A stretch of 64,000 bases of DNA, taken from the IMG/VR virus record IMGVR_UViG_3300021226_000189, one strand, 5' to 3'. The DNA comes from a virus. Below, piece by piece: positions 48,894-58,479 of this stretch. Each line of letters starts with the position of its first letter. The stretch's first letter is position 1. Under the pieces are notes generated by a model. The model had not been told where the DNA came from, did no database searches, and saw only the letters and a list, made by a program, of their open reading frames with translations. A program made the translations under genes and the position numbers.

Positions 48894-48963
48894 TGGTGGG
48901 GAGGTGGGGATACCATGAGTGTGGTTATTCTGTCATCATTTTTGCTTATGCTCCTCCCCACCA
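48894..48963. repeat. 11-bp GC-rich inverted repeat
   Basis: TGGTGGGGAGG ... CCTCCCCACCA, intergenic. Confidence 0.7.
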
Positions 48964-48978
48964 TCAATTTTCAAATAT

Positions 48979-49212
48979 ATGGAACTGATTCCTACAGAAT
49001 ATAAAATAAAACACGATTTCAACGAATATGTTTATTATATCGTATTGAAAATCAGCACTATTGGTAATAAAAAATGGTTTATTACTATGTATGATCGTAA
49101 TACTCATTTAAATCATATTGATAAAACATGGTCGGATTGGGTTGTGGATTGGTATGGGTTTGATACACCTGAAGAAGCTTTGGAAGCTTTTGAAAAATAT
49201 CTTAAAAACTAG
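48979..49212 (+). CDS. Hypothetical protein
   Basis: Ends KN* in motif; start moved from 48919. Confidence 0.6.
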   Translation: MELIPTEYKIKHDFNEYVYYIVLKISTIGNKKWFITMYDRNTHLNHIDKTWSDWVVDWYGFDTPEEALEAFEKYLKN

Positions 49213-49226
49213 AATACGATCGACTC

Positions 49227-49493
49227 ATGCAGAAACGTTATTACATGTATCTCCCAATGAATATCGACAAAGAAAAGAATACTCGCTTTGTCGTGGAAAC
49301 CGATGGCATCCCTCAAAGTGATTTGTTCACTGGTAGAGTCGTCGCACGTAATTCCAAAGCTTATTTCCATCTTGGTCGTGAAATGAATGAGTGGGTCAAT
49401 CCCATGGCAGACTTGCGAAATGGTATGCAACCATCCTTTATTCCTATCAGTCTATCAGAGGTCAAAGAGAAATTTGAACAACACATTTTATAA
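49227..49493 (+). CDS. Hypothetical protein
   Basis: Motif-N6-ATG. Confidence 0.7.
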   Translation: MQKRYYMYLPMNIDKEKNTRFVVETDGIPQSDLFTGRVVARNSKAYFHLGREMNEWVNPMADLRNGMQPSFIPISLSEVKEKFEQHIL

Positions 49494-49495
49494 TT

Positions 49496-49774
49496 ATGAA
49501 AAAAGAAATCGCAGAACTTATTGTTGAAAATAGCTACGACATGGACATTCGTGAGGATTACAGTGGTCGAGGAATGTTTGGGAATACCACTACTGGTATC
49601 GTGTGTGATAGTGAGAAAGATTTTTATAACGCCATTTGTGAACTTTACATGGAAATGATCAAAGATGCTATGGTTGAAGCTGAATATTATGATATGGAGC
49701 CAGCACAAGAACTAACAGAAACAATCGGTCGAATTCGCGTTGATAACATGGGATATCGTTATATTTTTTACTGA
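49496..49774 (+). CDS. Hypothetical protein
   Basis: DYSGRGMFG motif; packed. Confidence 0.7.
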   Translation: MKKEIAELIVENSYDMDIREDYSGRGMFGNTTTGIVCDSEKDFYNAICELYMEMIKDAMVEAEYYDMEPAQELTETIGRIRVDNMGYRYIFY

Positions 49775-49797
49775 TTATTACAAAAATAACAAACAGT

Positions 49798-49983
49798 ATG
49801 GTTTTACTTACGGAGGAAATGGAAAAAGGATCGAATAAAGTCTTGGAAGATGATTACTATCAAGACTTGGTTAAGCGGTATGAACGAGTAAGAATCGAAG
49901 CTCAAAAGGCGAAATCCGAAGAAGTAAAGCTTTGGGAAGAAATCCTGAAATACGAAAATGAAAAATTTGGATATCACTCATAA
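49798..49983 (+). CDS. Hypothetical protein
   Basis: Stop begins motif. Confidence 0.55.
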   Translation: MVLLTEEMEKGSNKVLEDDYYQDLVKRYERVRIEAQKAKSEEVKLWEEILKYENEKFGYHS

Positions 49984-50034
49984 AAAACTAGAATACACTC
50001 GTAGCACAACAACGAACCAACAGAATAATACATT

Positions 50035-51063
50035 ATGGCACACGAAATTGAAATCGGAACTGATCGGGTAATCACATTTGGCGAACGCGCATGGCATCGT
50101 CTCGATGAGAATCACCAGACTCCTCTTACTAAAGAGATTATCAATCCTTTGTTCATTCCTTATCTGGAAGGGCAAGCTAACGTCAACATCGATGGGGTAG
50201 AAGTACCTCTTGAGGGTTGGAAGACTATTGTTGCTGATCTTCGTAACAGTGACATTGAAGGGGATTTCCGTCCTGTTCATGTTGCGTCTGATCGCTATGA
50301 GATTCTCCAAAATGAAGTCTTGTTCGATGCACTGCAAGAGGCACTGCGTGGAATCAATTACAATATCGTATCTGCTGGCACACTGGCAGGTCTGAAGAAC
50401 TTCTTCGTATCGGTGGAATTCGATGGTGAATCCAATATCAATCTTCCTGATGGTAGTGAGTGCAAAGCGTTCTTTTCACTCTTTACTTCTCACGATGGCA
50501 CGAAGAATGCTTCTTACTACGATACCACACATCGCACTGTTTGTATGAACACAGTTCGTTCTTCCTACGAAGCTCGTGGTAATCAAGGGTTCAACATCGC
50601 TCACACCAAAAACGCAAGTGTGCGCATCATGAATATGGCTCAAATCTTCAATGAAATTCTCCGTGGTCGTCGTGTCTTCGAAGACAGAATGGCTGAATTG
50701 TATTCTATCGAATGCGATTTGTCCAAAGCGGAACGATTTGTTGCTGGTTTCTTGGCAGATAAAACGAAAGCGGAAGAGAAACTCTCCACACGTTCTTTCA
50801 ATCAGATGACAGAGATTGTTTCTCTTGCTTGGAATGGTGCTGGCAATCGTGGTGGTAATTTGTTTTACCTTGCTCAAGGTGCTACTGAGTATTGGACTCG
50901 TGGTAATGGCACTGGTGGTGCAAATAAAGACATCGGTCGCAAAGCATTCTCCTCCGAGTTCGGTCTTGGTATGGATAACAAGTGCAACTTCCTTACTGCT
51001 CTTAGCAATCCATCGCAACGTGAAAAATTCATCAAGCGTGGGGATTTGGTTCTTAGTAACTGA
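50035..51063 (+). CDS. DUF932-family phage protein
   Basis: MAHEI, AWH.L, Y.ILQN, SHDG, R.VCMNT, HT.N, ..ATEY. Confidence 0.8.
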   Translation: MAHEIEIGTDRVITFGERAWHRLDENHQTPLTKEIINPLFIPYLEGQANVNIDGVEVPLEGWKTIVADLRNSDIEGDFRPVHVASDRYEILQNEVLFDALQEALRGINYNIVSAGTLAGLKNFFVSVEFDGESNINLPDGSECKAFFSLFTSHDGTKNASYYDTTHRTVCMNTVRSSYEARGNQGFNIAHTKNASVRIMNMAQIFNEILRGRRVFEDRMAELYSIECDLSKAERFVAGFLADKTKAEEKLSTRSFNQMTEIVSLAWNGAGNRGGNLFYLAQGATEYWTRGNGTGGANKDIGRKAFSSEFGLGMDNKCNFLTALSNPSQREKFIKRGDLVLSN

Positions 51064-51111
51064 TCCCTCCGCTCCTCCCCCCCAATTAAAAAACTAGAAT
51101 AAAATAAACAC

Positions 51112-51504
51112 ATGAATGGATTACGAATGTATTTCTTTGTTATGTATAACCTTTCAGGTATTCAAAAAGGTATCCAAGCAGCTCACGCTGCTGTTGAATA
51201 TAGCCTGAAATATGGTAAAACAAAACATTACAAGGATTTTGCGACTAACCACAAGACATTCATTCTATTGGATGGTGGTGGGTCAGAAGATATGAAATCG
51301 CGCATGATTGAATTGGAATATTTCAAAGTTGATCATGCACCATTTTATGAGCCTGATCTGAACAATTCTTTGAGCGCAATCGCATTCATTGTTCCTGAAA
51401 ATATCTATGGTATGGATATTAAAGCAATGGGTGATCTTCTCTTTGTTACTAGAGATGAAGAATACGCTCGTTATCTCAAATCCTTTCGACTCGCAAGTAA
51501 CTAA
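51112..51504 (+). CDS. Peptidyl-tRNA hydrolase (PTH2)-like protein
   Basis: MY.FV..LS.IQKGIQAAHA, F.EPDL. Confidence 0.6.
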   Translation: MNGLRMYFFVMYNLSGIQKGIQAAHAAVEYSLKYGKTKHYKDFATNHKTFILLDGGGSEDMKSRMIELEYFKVDHAPFYEPDLNNSLSAIAFIVPENIYGMDIKAMGDLLFVTRDEEYARYLKSFRLASN

Positions 51505-51512
51505 AAAATAAA

Positions 51513-51779
51513 ATGAACGTAAAAACAGAATTAAAAAAAATCGGTGGAGAAAAATTTTTAAATGAAAAAGATTTAAAAGATTTTGGCAAAGCAGAGAAAA
51601 AAATATACGATTTTATGTCTGATCTTGAATGGCATTCTGCCACTGAAATCATCAGTGTAAGCGGACAAAGAGAAGGACTACGAAGACTTCGAAAACTTAG
51701 AGATAAAGGATTGATCATAGAAACTAAAAGAGAATCTGGAAGTAGAGAATTCTTGTATAAAATGTCCTCCAAACTTTAA
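51513..51779 (+). CDS. Winged-HTH protein
   Basis: EWHSATEI..GLRRLRKLRDKGL.I. Confidence 0.55.
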   Translation: MNVKTELKKIGGEKFLNEKDLKDFGKAEKKIYDFMSDLEWHSATEIISVSGQREGLRRLRKLRDKGLIIETKRESGSREFLYKMSSKL

Positions 51780-51816
51780 AATAAATCGTATTAAAAAACT
51801 AGAATAAACTGAACAC

Positions 51817-52329
51817 ATGTCCAACACAACCAAAACACAATCACTGACTGCTGATCAAATCCTTGAACGCATTCTCAATGCTAAAGGTAATTTCGTGAAA
51901 GCAGTCTGGAAATCGAATCCGACTCCTGCTGCTGCTCACAAGAAAGCAGGTATCATTCTGGAGAAACATACAAGTGCGGTATGCCGTGCTGGTATCAATT
52001 TCGCCAATCTGTCATCGGTGCAACAAGGTATCGCAGAAGGTACCCGTGGTGAAGTGCAAGAACTTCCATTCGGGACTTGGCTCAAATTCCCTTATCTTAT
52101 CACACATACACCAAAAGGTAGTGAGCAAGAGCAAATCTATGTTCGCTTGTATCCAACCGATTCTCGTTCCAATACTCTTTATTTCGTGAATGGTGAGCAA
52201 GTGGAGAAAGATGTTTTCTCGCAATATCTGACTCCATCCGAAGCTGCGAAAATGTCCTCTGGTGAAAAACCTGAATGCTTCACGATCAAGAAAGATAACA
52301 TTCTCTCCACTGAAGACTTCGGTGGCTAG
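51817..52329 (+). CDS. Hypothetical protein
   Basis: Motif-N6-ATG. Confidence 0.75.
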   Translation: MSNTTKTQSLTADQILERILNAKGNFVKAVWKSNPTPAAAHKKAGIILEKHTSAVCRAGINFANLSSVQQGIAEGTRGEVQELPFGTWLKFPYLITHTPKGSEQEQIYVRLYPTDSRSNTLYFVNGEQVEKDVFSQYLTPSEAAKMSSGEKPECFTIKKDNILSTEDFGG

Positions 52330-52338
52330 TCTGTAGGT

Positions 52339-52394
52339 CTTGGCTCGATTCCCTCTCTCCCATAGCCAAGGGGAATGCATGTCAGAGAGGGAAT
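52339..52394 (+). other. Intergenic interlocked inverted repeats (pseudoknot-like)
   Basis: CTTGGCT/AGCCAAG interleaved with ATTCCCTCTCT/AGAGAGGGAAT. Confidence 0.5.
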
Positions 52395-52424
52395 TCATTA
52401 AAAAACTAGAATACAATTGAAACC

Positions 52425-52607
52425 ATGAAAGAGACATTCACAAGAGAAGAACTACTTCGAGCAATCAACGAATTGGAAGGGAAAATTGGTATCGAATCTT
52501 ACTCAAGAGTATTGGATTGGAAAGAAAGTCTTGGATTTGGACGAGATGAAGAATACGATGATGGTAAAATGTCTGAATGGGATCGTTACAAAATTTGGGA
52601 TGCTTGA
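52425..52607 (+). CDS. Hypothetical protein
   Basis: Motif upstream. Confidence 0.65.
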   Translation: MKETFTREELLRAINELEGKIGIESYSRVLDWKESLGFGRDEEYDDGKMSEWDRYKIWDA

Positions 52608-52628
52608 AAACTAGAATACACTCTACTC

Positions 52629-52958
52629 ATGAACGTTGCCGAAGCTATCAAACATCTTAAAAAAGTCAAACCTTACATTCACACCATCGAGCCGATTGGT
52701 AAGAATCTGTATAAAGTTAAATATGCGGCATGGGTCATTGATGAAGAAAATAGGACTGCTCGTGAACTGATCAAATGGGCAAAAGCCTATAGTTCGGAGA
52801 ACAATCAGAACACCATAATCAGACGTATTGTTAAAAATGCTGATAAAAAAATGAATCGTCGGGAAACCAAAAAAGCTATCAAATCCGAAGACTTTGATAA
52901 GATTCCCCAACATGGTAAAGTTGCCATGGAAGACTCTGGATTGACACAAGATTTATGA
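52629..52958 (+). CDS. Hypothetical basic protein
   Basis: Motif-N6-ATG. Confidence 0.7.
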   Translation: MNVAEAIKHLKKVKPYIHTIEPIGKNLYKVKYAAWVIDEENRTARELIKWAKAYSSENNQNTIIRRIVKNADKKMNRRETKKAIKSEDFDKIPQHGKVAMEDSGLTQDL

Positions 52959-53152
52959 ACATTGATTTTCAAAACGTGAAACCTATCGACGAAATGAGCG
53001 AATGGGAACGCATAAAAGCAATTGGTTCCGCTCGTTACATTTTGGAAGATGTGTCAGCGGAAGAGATTAGTAAAGCCTCTGGTTTGCCTGTGGGAGTAAT
53101 TACCGCTGCATTTGCCAACATCTTCGTATCGAAAGATGCGGTAGAAGATTAA
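52955..53152 (+). CDS. Hypothetical protein
   Basis: Coupled; stop begins motif. Confidence 0.6.
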   Translation: MNIDFQNVKPIDEMSEWERIKAIGSARYILEDVSAEEISKASGLPVGVITAAFANIFVSKDAVED

Positions 53153-53174
53153 AAAACTAGAATAGAATTGAGAC

Positions 53175-53930
53175 ATGAACAACAACCTCGCTACAATCGC
53201 CAAAGCATTCCGTCATAACACTGGTAAACACTTCCTTGATAGTGGAGACTACTATGGTCGTCACTATGAAAAACCTCCGATTACTGATGAAACTCCCTTA
53301 GTATCTATTGATGTATGGGGGACTGATGTCAGTGCCACAATCGACACTGCTCGCTTTCTGGCTGAAACCTGTGAAGTCGATACTGATATTCAGAAACAAT
53401 TCGAAGAATGGGCTGAACTGGAAGAGAATTCCGATTTGAATTGGTTCGAAGCAGGTGAGAAATTTGCCACAGAAGTGTTAGGTCTAACACAATTGGCAAG
53501 AGACAATACTTACAACAGTGAATGTGACTTGTCTCAAACGTATGTTTGGGAAGTCTATGGAGAAGATACTGGTGATTGGATTTACAATGACGATGCTCTG
53601 ATGGTCGTCTATGCTCACACTGGTTGCGATGTTCGTGGTGGTTATGCTTACCCTCTGTTCCTACGCTGTCAAGGGGATTATTCGATTCCGATGGATTTGG
53701 TAGCTGAATTCTTTATTGTCGATGGTCGTCGTGATGGGGAAGAACTTGATCGTGATGAGTGTCAACAATTGGATGAGGAATGGCAATGTGGTTATTCGTC
53801 CAATCCATCGTATCATATGTCTAAAAATATCGAACGTGTATTTGGATTCACCAAGACTACAAACACGGTGGTCGTGAAGCTGAAGAGTGGAGAGATTGTG
53901 AAGATTGCAGCACAAGCAAGAACCTACTAA
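53175..53930 (+). CDS. Conserved phage hypothetical protein
   Basis: NTGKHFLDSGDYYGR, NTYN.E..LSQ, HTGCDVRGGY. Confidence 0.8.
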   Translation: MNNNLATIAKAFRHNTGKHFLDSGDYYGRHYEKPPITDETPLVSIDVWGTDVSATIDTARFLAETCEVDTDIQKQFEEWAELEENSDLNWFEAGEKFATEVLGLTQLARDNTYNSECDLSQTYVWEVYGEDTGDWIYNDDALMVVYAHTGCDVRGGYAYPLFLRCQGDYSIPMDLVAEFFIVDGRRDGEELDRDECQQLDEEWQCGYSSNPSYHMSKNIERVFGFTKTTNTVVVKLKSGEIVKIAAQARTY

Positions 53931-53952
53931 AAAACTAGAATACAATTACATT

Positions 53953-54186
53953 ATGCAACGACGAACTATTACTACCGCTTCAGACGGTCGCACCTACACT
54001 TGGGATGCAGATGACAATGCTTATCTTGGAATAGAGACTACTTGTGGATGTTATGGAGCTGCTCTACGCGAAGATGGTCGCTGGTCTCCTGCTCATAACG
54101 ACGATGGCTTCTTTCAATTATGGGATGATGAATCGTATGACACTCCAGAAGAAGCGTGCATACGCTCACATAACATCTACACCTGA
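53953..54186 (+). CDS. Hypothetical protein
   Basis: Motif-N6-ATG (start moved from 53905). Confidence 0.65.
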   Translation: MQRRTITTASDGRTYTWDADDNAYLGIETTCGCYGAALREDGRWSPAHNDDGFFQLWDDESYDTPEEACIRSHNIYT

Positions 54187-54231
54187 ATAACTTTCATCAA
54201 CTAAACGAACTCTATTACAATCACACACATT

Positions 54232-54561
54232 ATGGATATTTTAGAAGTAATCAAAAATCTCGAAGATCGTCTCTGGTCACAATATGGCAATCCTCTCGCC
54301 AATTATAAGCAATCACAACATGATGTTAATATGAGTTACTATGTTGGCAAGCTTATGGAAGAGCTTGGACATAAATGGATTGCACCTGAAAGGATTAAAG
54401 GTGATCGTGAAGATCGTGCTTACTACTCCGAGAAAGCATTGCACGATGCCTTTCTGGCTGGTCAATTGCTCGCACGTGCTGACAACAAGAAACTACGAGC
54501 ATCGATTATCTCTGAGCTGAGAACCGAATTGCATGACGCAATCGACAATATGGAACTTTGA
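54232..54561 (+). CDS. Hypothetical protein
   Basis: 109 aa ORF. Confidence 0.65.
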   Translation: MDILEVIKNLEDRLWSQYGNPLANYKQSQHDVNMSYYVGKLMEELGHKWIAPERIKGDREDRAYYSEKALHDAFLAGQLLARADNKKLRASIISELRTELHDAIDNMEL

Positions 54562-54664
54562 TATAATATGATACCGTTAATCATGATAATACTAATCTGC
54601 TCGATTGCGGCTTATATATGTTCTTTACCTCACGATAATTAAAAAACTAGAATACACTTGAGGC

Positions 54665-54862
54665 ATGATGAAGATCGTCAAACTCGACATGGAGCATGTC
54701 AACAAGGGAACTCCCACACATGAACTTCCTGTTATCTTCAAGGGTAGCAGAAAGCAATGCGAGGGATTGCTCAAACGCTATCAATTTGTAAAAGAAAGTA
54801 ATCTCTATGGGGGTTACTGGAACGACGAAGACAAAAACAGTTATTTTATTTTACCAGCATGA
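54665..54862 (+). CDS. Hypothetical protein
   Basis: Motif-N6-ATG. Confidence 0.65.
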   Translation: MMKIVKLDMEHVNKGTPTHELPVIFKGSRKQCEGLLKRYQFVKESNLYGGYWNDEDKNSYFILPA

Positions 54863-55057
54863 AAAGACTTACTAAAGAAGAAATCGAACGATTTGTCACT
54901 GCTTCCACAAATAAGGATGCTGTATGGAATTTCCTTGGCACTGTTCACCATTGCGGTAATTATGTCAATGCTCTTGCCAATCTGTTAGACGATGCGGCAT
55001 TGTATGATTGGAATCATGACACTGTGATGGCAATCTATGAGGGATTGAAATACGCAA
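54859..55057 (+). pseudogene. Small gene interrupted near its 3' end by TnpB element 1
   Basis: Joining 55057 to 56314 gives ..GLKYASKW* (69 aa). Confidence 0.55.
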
Positions 55058-56279
55058 GTGAATTACCCACAGCACGAGGCTGTGGCTTCAGTCTAACTAA
55101 CTTAGACTTCTTTTTAGACGCTTCACAGACAGCAGTTTCGCAAGAAGTATTACTACCTCCTACCAGAGCTTCCATCTCCACATCTGTAATCGCCAATCCC
55201 TGACGATGAATATTCTTTGCGGCATTAACATCCCTTTGGTGATGAGAACCACACTTAGGACATTTCCAATGCCTCACTGACAAAGGTAGCTTATCAATAA
55301 TATAATCACAAGAAGAGCATGTTTTGGATGATGGATAGAATCTATCTATCTTTATCACTTTCTTACCATACCATTGCGCTTTATATTCTAGCATAGATAC
55401 AAAAGAACTCCAAGAACTATCAGATATACTATAAGATAATTTACTATTTCTTACCATATTCTTGACAGCCAAAGATTCCAAAGAAATCATATCATACCGA
55501 TTGATAAGATCAGTGGATAGCTTGTGTTGGAAATCCTTACGAGAATTGGTTATCTTCTCATGGATTCTTGCTATCTTATTTCTTTGTCTTTTGTATCTAT
55601 TACTACCTTTCGTTTTCCTACTTAAATGTTTTTGAGCTTTTGAGAGCTTCTGTTTGAGATTTCTATTAAAATTAGGATTCTTTACTTTCCCACCATCTGA
55701 AGTTACTATGAAATCGTTAATACCTAAATCAATACCTACTGTCTTGCCTGTCTTCTCTTTGATCTTCTTAGGAACTTCCATTAAGATACTGGCAAAATAT
55801 TTATTAGTGGGTGTTTTAGAAATTGTTACGGATTTAATCTCGCCTTCTAACTTACGATGTAATATAATGGGAATACCATCTTTAAACTTTGGAATGTGAA
55901 TCCTATTATCTTTTAAGGATATGTGTTGGGGGACTCTAAAAGATTGGTTTTCTGATTTCTTTTTAAACTTTGGAAATTTAGATTTCTTACGGAAGAAATT
56001 TCCATAAGCAGTCTCAAGATTCATAAGAGATTGTTGTAAGGTTTGGGAATTGACTTCTTTAAGCCATTGGTAATCACCCTTTTTCATGGCAATCACATTA
56101 CCAGCGCATTGATTATAATTCAATGTCTTTCCATTGTTTAAATAATGATTTTGTTTTTCTTTTAGAAAATGATTATATATGAATCGGGAGCATCCAAAGT
56201 GCTTTCCAAGCAATTCCTTTTGAGAATCCAAAGGATAGATTCTGAATTTGAAGGCTTGATATGTAATTTCTTGTTCTAT
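55035..56279 (-). CDS. tnpB: TnpB RNA-guided nuclease (copy 1)
   Basis: AFKFRIYP HTH, RuvC GIDLG / LESL / RDVNAAKNI, CxxC-CxxC; start extended to ATA 56279. Confidence 0.92.
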   Translation of the reverse strand: MEQEITYQAFKFRIYPLDSQKELLGKHFGCSRFIYNHFLKEKQNHYLNNGKTLNYNQCAGNVIAMKKGDYQWLKEVNSQTLQQSLMNLETAYGNFFRKKSKFPKFKKKSENQSFRVPQHISLKDNRIHIPKFKDGIPIILHRKLEGEIKSVTISKTPTNKYFASILMEVPKKIKEKTGKTVGIDLGINDFIVTSDGGKVKNPNFNRNLKQKLSKAQKHLSRKTKGSNRYKRQRNKIARIHEKITNSRKDFQHKLSTDLINRYDMISLESLAVKNMVRNSKLSYSISDSSWSSFVSMLEYKAQWYGKKVIKIDRFYPSSKTCSSCDYIIDKLPLSVRHWKCPKCGSHHQRDVNAAKNIHRQGLAITDVEMEALVGGSNTSCETAVCEASKKKSKLVRLKPQPRAVGNSLAYFNPS

Positions 56280-56313
56280 ATTATTATTTAGTCTAAAGAT
56301 GAATATTTTTTGA
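55058..56313 (-). mobile_element. tnpB-only IS200/IS605-derived element 1
   Basis: Right end GAAG-CCACAGC..GCTGTGG-GTAATTCAC; TTTAC on the minus strand at 56314-56318; no left hairpin seen. Confidence 0.75.
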
Positions 56314-56368
56314 GTAAATGGTAAAAATACTTTATTGACTTTTTTAAAAACTAGATTACATTTGGGAC

Positions 56369-56560
56369 ATGAAACACCGCATTGGAATCACAGAAGATAA
56401 AAATGGTTTTTATTCCATTCAGTTAAACGGTAGAATCATTTCTTACGGATTAACCAAAGATAAAGCTTTTTTTCTTTATCGTGGTATTGCATGGGGCATC
56501 GACGAAGCAGGTGATGAAGTTATTCTGGAAGATTCAATTTTTGAAATTTTCAAAGATTAA
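56369..56560 (+). CDS. Hypothetical protein
   Basis: Motif-N6-ATG. Confidence 0.65.
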   Translation: MKHRIGITEDKNGFYSIQLNGRIISYGLTKDKAFFLYRGIAWGIDEAGDEVILEDSIFEIFKD

Positions 56561-56582
56561 AAAACTAGATTACATTTGGGAC

Positions 56583-56729
56583 ATGACAATTCAACGCAAT
56601 CCGATCAACGGTAGTATCACCATCACAACAATCAAATTCAAACGATTGATTACAAGGACTTTTTACGATTACACAGTGGATGAAGCTTTGGGATCGTTTA
56701 AGGAATATCTCAAGACTCTGAAAAAATGA
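56583..56729 (+). CDS. Small hypothetical protein
   Basis: Motif-N6-ATG (start moved from 56481). Confidence 0.55.
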   Translation: MTIQRNPINGSITITTIKFKRLITRTFYDYTVDEALGSFKEYLKTLKK

Positions 56730-56793
56730 CATTTACAAGAATGTATGAGAGAAAGCCACGGGGTCTTTAGCCCCGTGGATGAATCGAATAATA

Positions 56794-57189
56794 TCATCCT
56801 TGGGATTCTATATATTTTTTAATGGTTTCTATAGATGCATCACCACATGAGCATACAAAATATCCATCAGACCATAGGGTTCTCTCTTTCCAATAATTTT
56901 CTTTCATTTTCTTAGGATATCTTTTCCACATTTCTTTAGTTGATAATGATTTTAATGTTCTCACGATTGTCAAAGGGGATAATTTCGGAACTGAATTGAT
57001 AAGGATGTGAATATGATCCTCATCAGTTTCCAAGATATCTATATTAAAATCGTATTCTTCTGATATATTAACCATGATTTCTTTCAAAGTCAAATCAAAA
57101 TCACCTCTCAACAATCGTTTTCTATACTTTGTTGAGAAAATTATATGGTATTTCAATAGAAATTTCGAGTGATTTTTAGATACATACAA
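56794..57189 (-). CDS. tnpA: IS200/IS605 Y1 HUH transposase
   Basis: YHIIFSTKYRK, DHIHIL, LWSDGYF, IKKYIESQ. Confidence 0.95.
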   Translation of the reverse strand: MYVSKNHSKFLLKYHIIFSTKYRKRLLRGDFDLTLKEIMVNISEEYDFNIDILETDEDHIHILINSVPKLSPLTIVRTLKSLSTKEMWKRYPKKMKENYWKERTLWSDGYFVCSCGDASIETIKKYIESQG

Positions 57190-57249
57190 ATTATTTAGAT
57201 TATTTTTATTATTTTCTAAATAATTATCACCTTTAGACTAAATAATAAC

Positions 57250-58479
57250 ATAGAACAGGAAATTACATATCAAGCCTTCAAATTTAGAATATATCCTTTG
57301 GATTCTCAAAAGGAATTGCTTGAGAAGCATTTCGGATGTTCAAGATTCATTTATAATCATTTTTTGAAAGAGAAACAAGAAGAATATCTATCTTCTGGTA
57401 AGGGATTAACATATAGTAAGTGTTGTAAGATTCTAAAGGAATTAAAAGATAATGAATTAGAATGGTTGAAAGAAGTCAATTCACAGACCTTACAACAATC
57501 AATTCAAAATCTTGAGACTGCTTATGGAAACTTCTTTCGTAAGAAATCCAAATTTCCAAAGTTTAAAAAGAAATCAGAAAACCAATCCTTTAGGGTTCCC
57601 CAACACATTTCTTTGAAAGACAATAGACTCTTCATTCCAAAATTCAAAGATGGAATACCCATTGTATCACATCGTAAGTTAGAAGGTGAGATAAAGAGTG
57701 TTACGATTTCTAAAACACCTACTGATAAATATTTTGCTAGTATCTTAATGGAAGTTCCTAAAAAGTCTAAATCAAAGACTGGCAAGACCGTAGGAATTGA
57801 TTTAGGTATTATAGATTTCATAGTAACAAGCGATGGGGAGAAAATCAAGAATCCAAATTTTTCAAGATCATTAAAAGATAAATTAAAGACTCATCAAAAA
57901 CATTTAAGTAGGAAAACGAAAGGTAGTAATAGATACAAAAGACAAAGAAAGAAAGTGGTAAGAATCCATGAGAAGATAACCAATTCTCGAAAGGATTTTC
58001 AACACAAATTAAGCACTCGTTTGATTAATGAGTATGATATGATTTCTTTGGAATCTTTAGCTGTTAAGAATATGATACGGAATAGGTGCTTATCCTATTC
58101 CATATCTGATAGCTCTTGGAGTTCTTTTGTATCCATGTTGGAATATAAAGCCAGTTGGTATGGGAAGGAGATTAAGAAAATCGATAGATGGTATCCTAGT
58201 TCCAAGACATGCTCAAGCTGTGATTATATTATTGATAAGCTACCTTTGTCAGTGCGTAAGTGGCAATGTCCCGAGTGTGGTTCTCATCACCAAAGGGATG
58301 TCAATGCTGCTAAAAATATACATCGTCAGGGATTGACGATTACAGATGTGGAGATGGAAGCTCTGGTAAGAGGTAGTAATACTTCTCACGAAACTACTGT
58401 CTGTGAAGCGTCTAAAAAGAAGTCTATATCAGATCGAAAGATTTATAGACTGAAGCCGCTGGGTCTTGCCCAGCGGTAG
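57250..58479 (+). CDS. tnpB: TnpB RNA-guided nuclease (copy 2)
   Basis: Same intact motifs as copy 1; start extended to ATA 57250. Confidence 0.92.
   Translation: MEQEITYQAFKFRIYPLDSQKELLEKHFGCSRFIYNHFLKEKQEEYLSSGKGLTYSKCCKILKELKDNELEWLKEVNSQTLQQSIQNLETAYGNFFRKKSKFPKFKKKSENQSFRVPQHISLKDNRLFIPKFKDGIPIVSHRKLEGEIKSVTISKTPTDKYFASILMEVPKKSKSKTGKTVGIDLGIIDFIVTSDGEKIKNPNFSRSLKDKLKTHQKHLSRKTKGSNRYKRQRKKVVRIHEKITNSRKDFQHKLSTRLINEYDMISLESLAVKNMIRNRCLSYSISDSSWSSFVSMLEYKASWYGKEIKKIDRWYPSSKTCSSCDYIIDKLPLSVRKWQCPECGSHHQRDVNAAKNIHRQGLTITDVEMEALVRGSNTSHETTVCEASKKKSISDRKIYRLKPLGLAQR

Noticed and set aside
52325-52398. HDV-like/theta ribozyme
   Set aside because: Could not place a G-initiated 7-bp P1, a P3/L3 and a J4/2 catalytic C consistently on either strand
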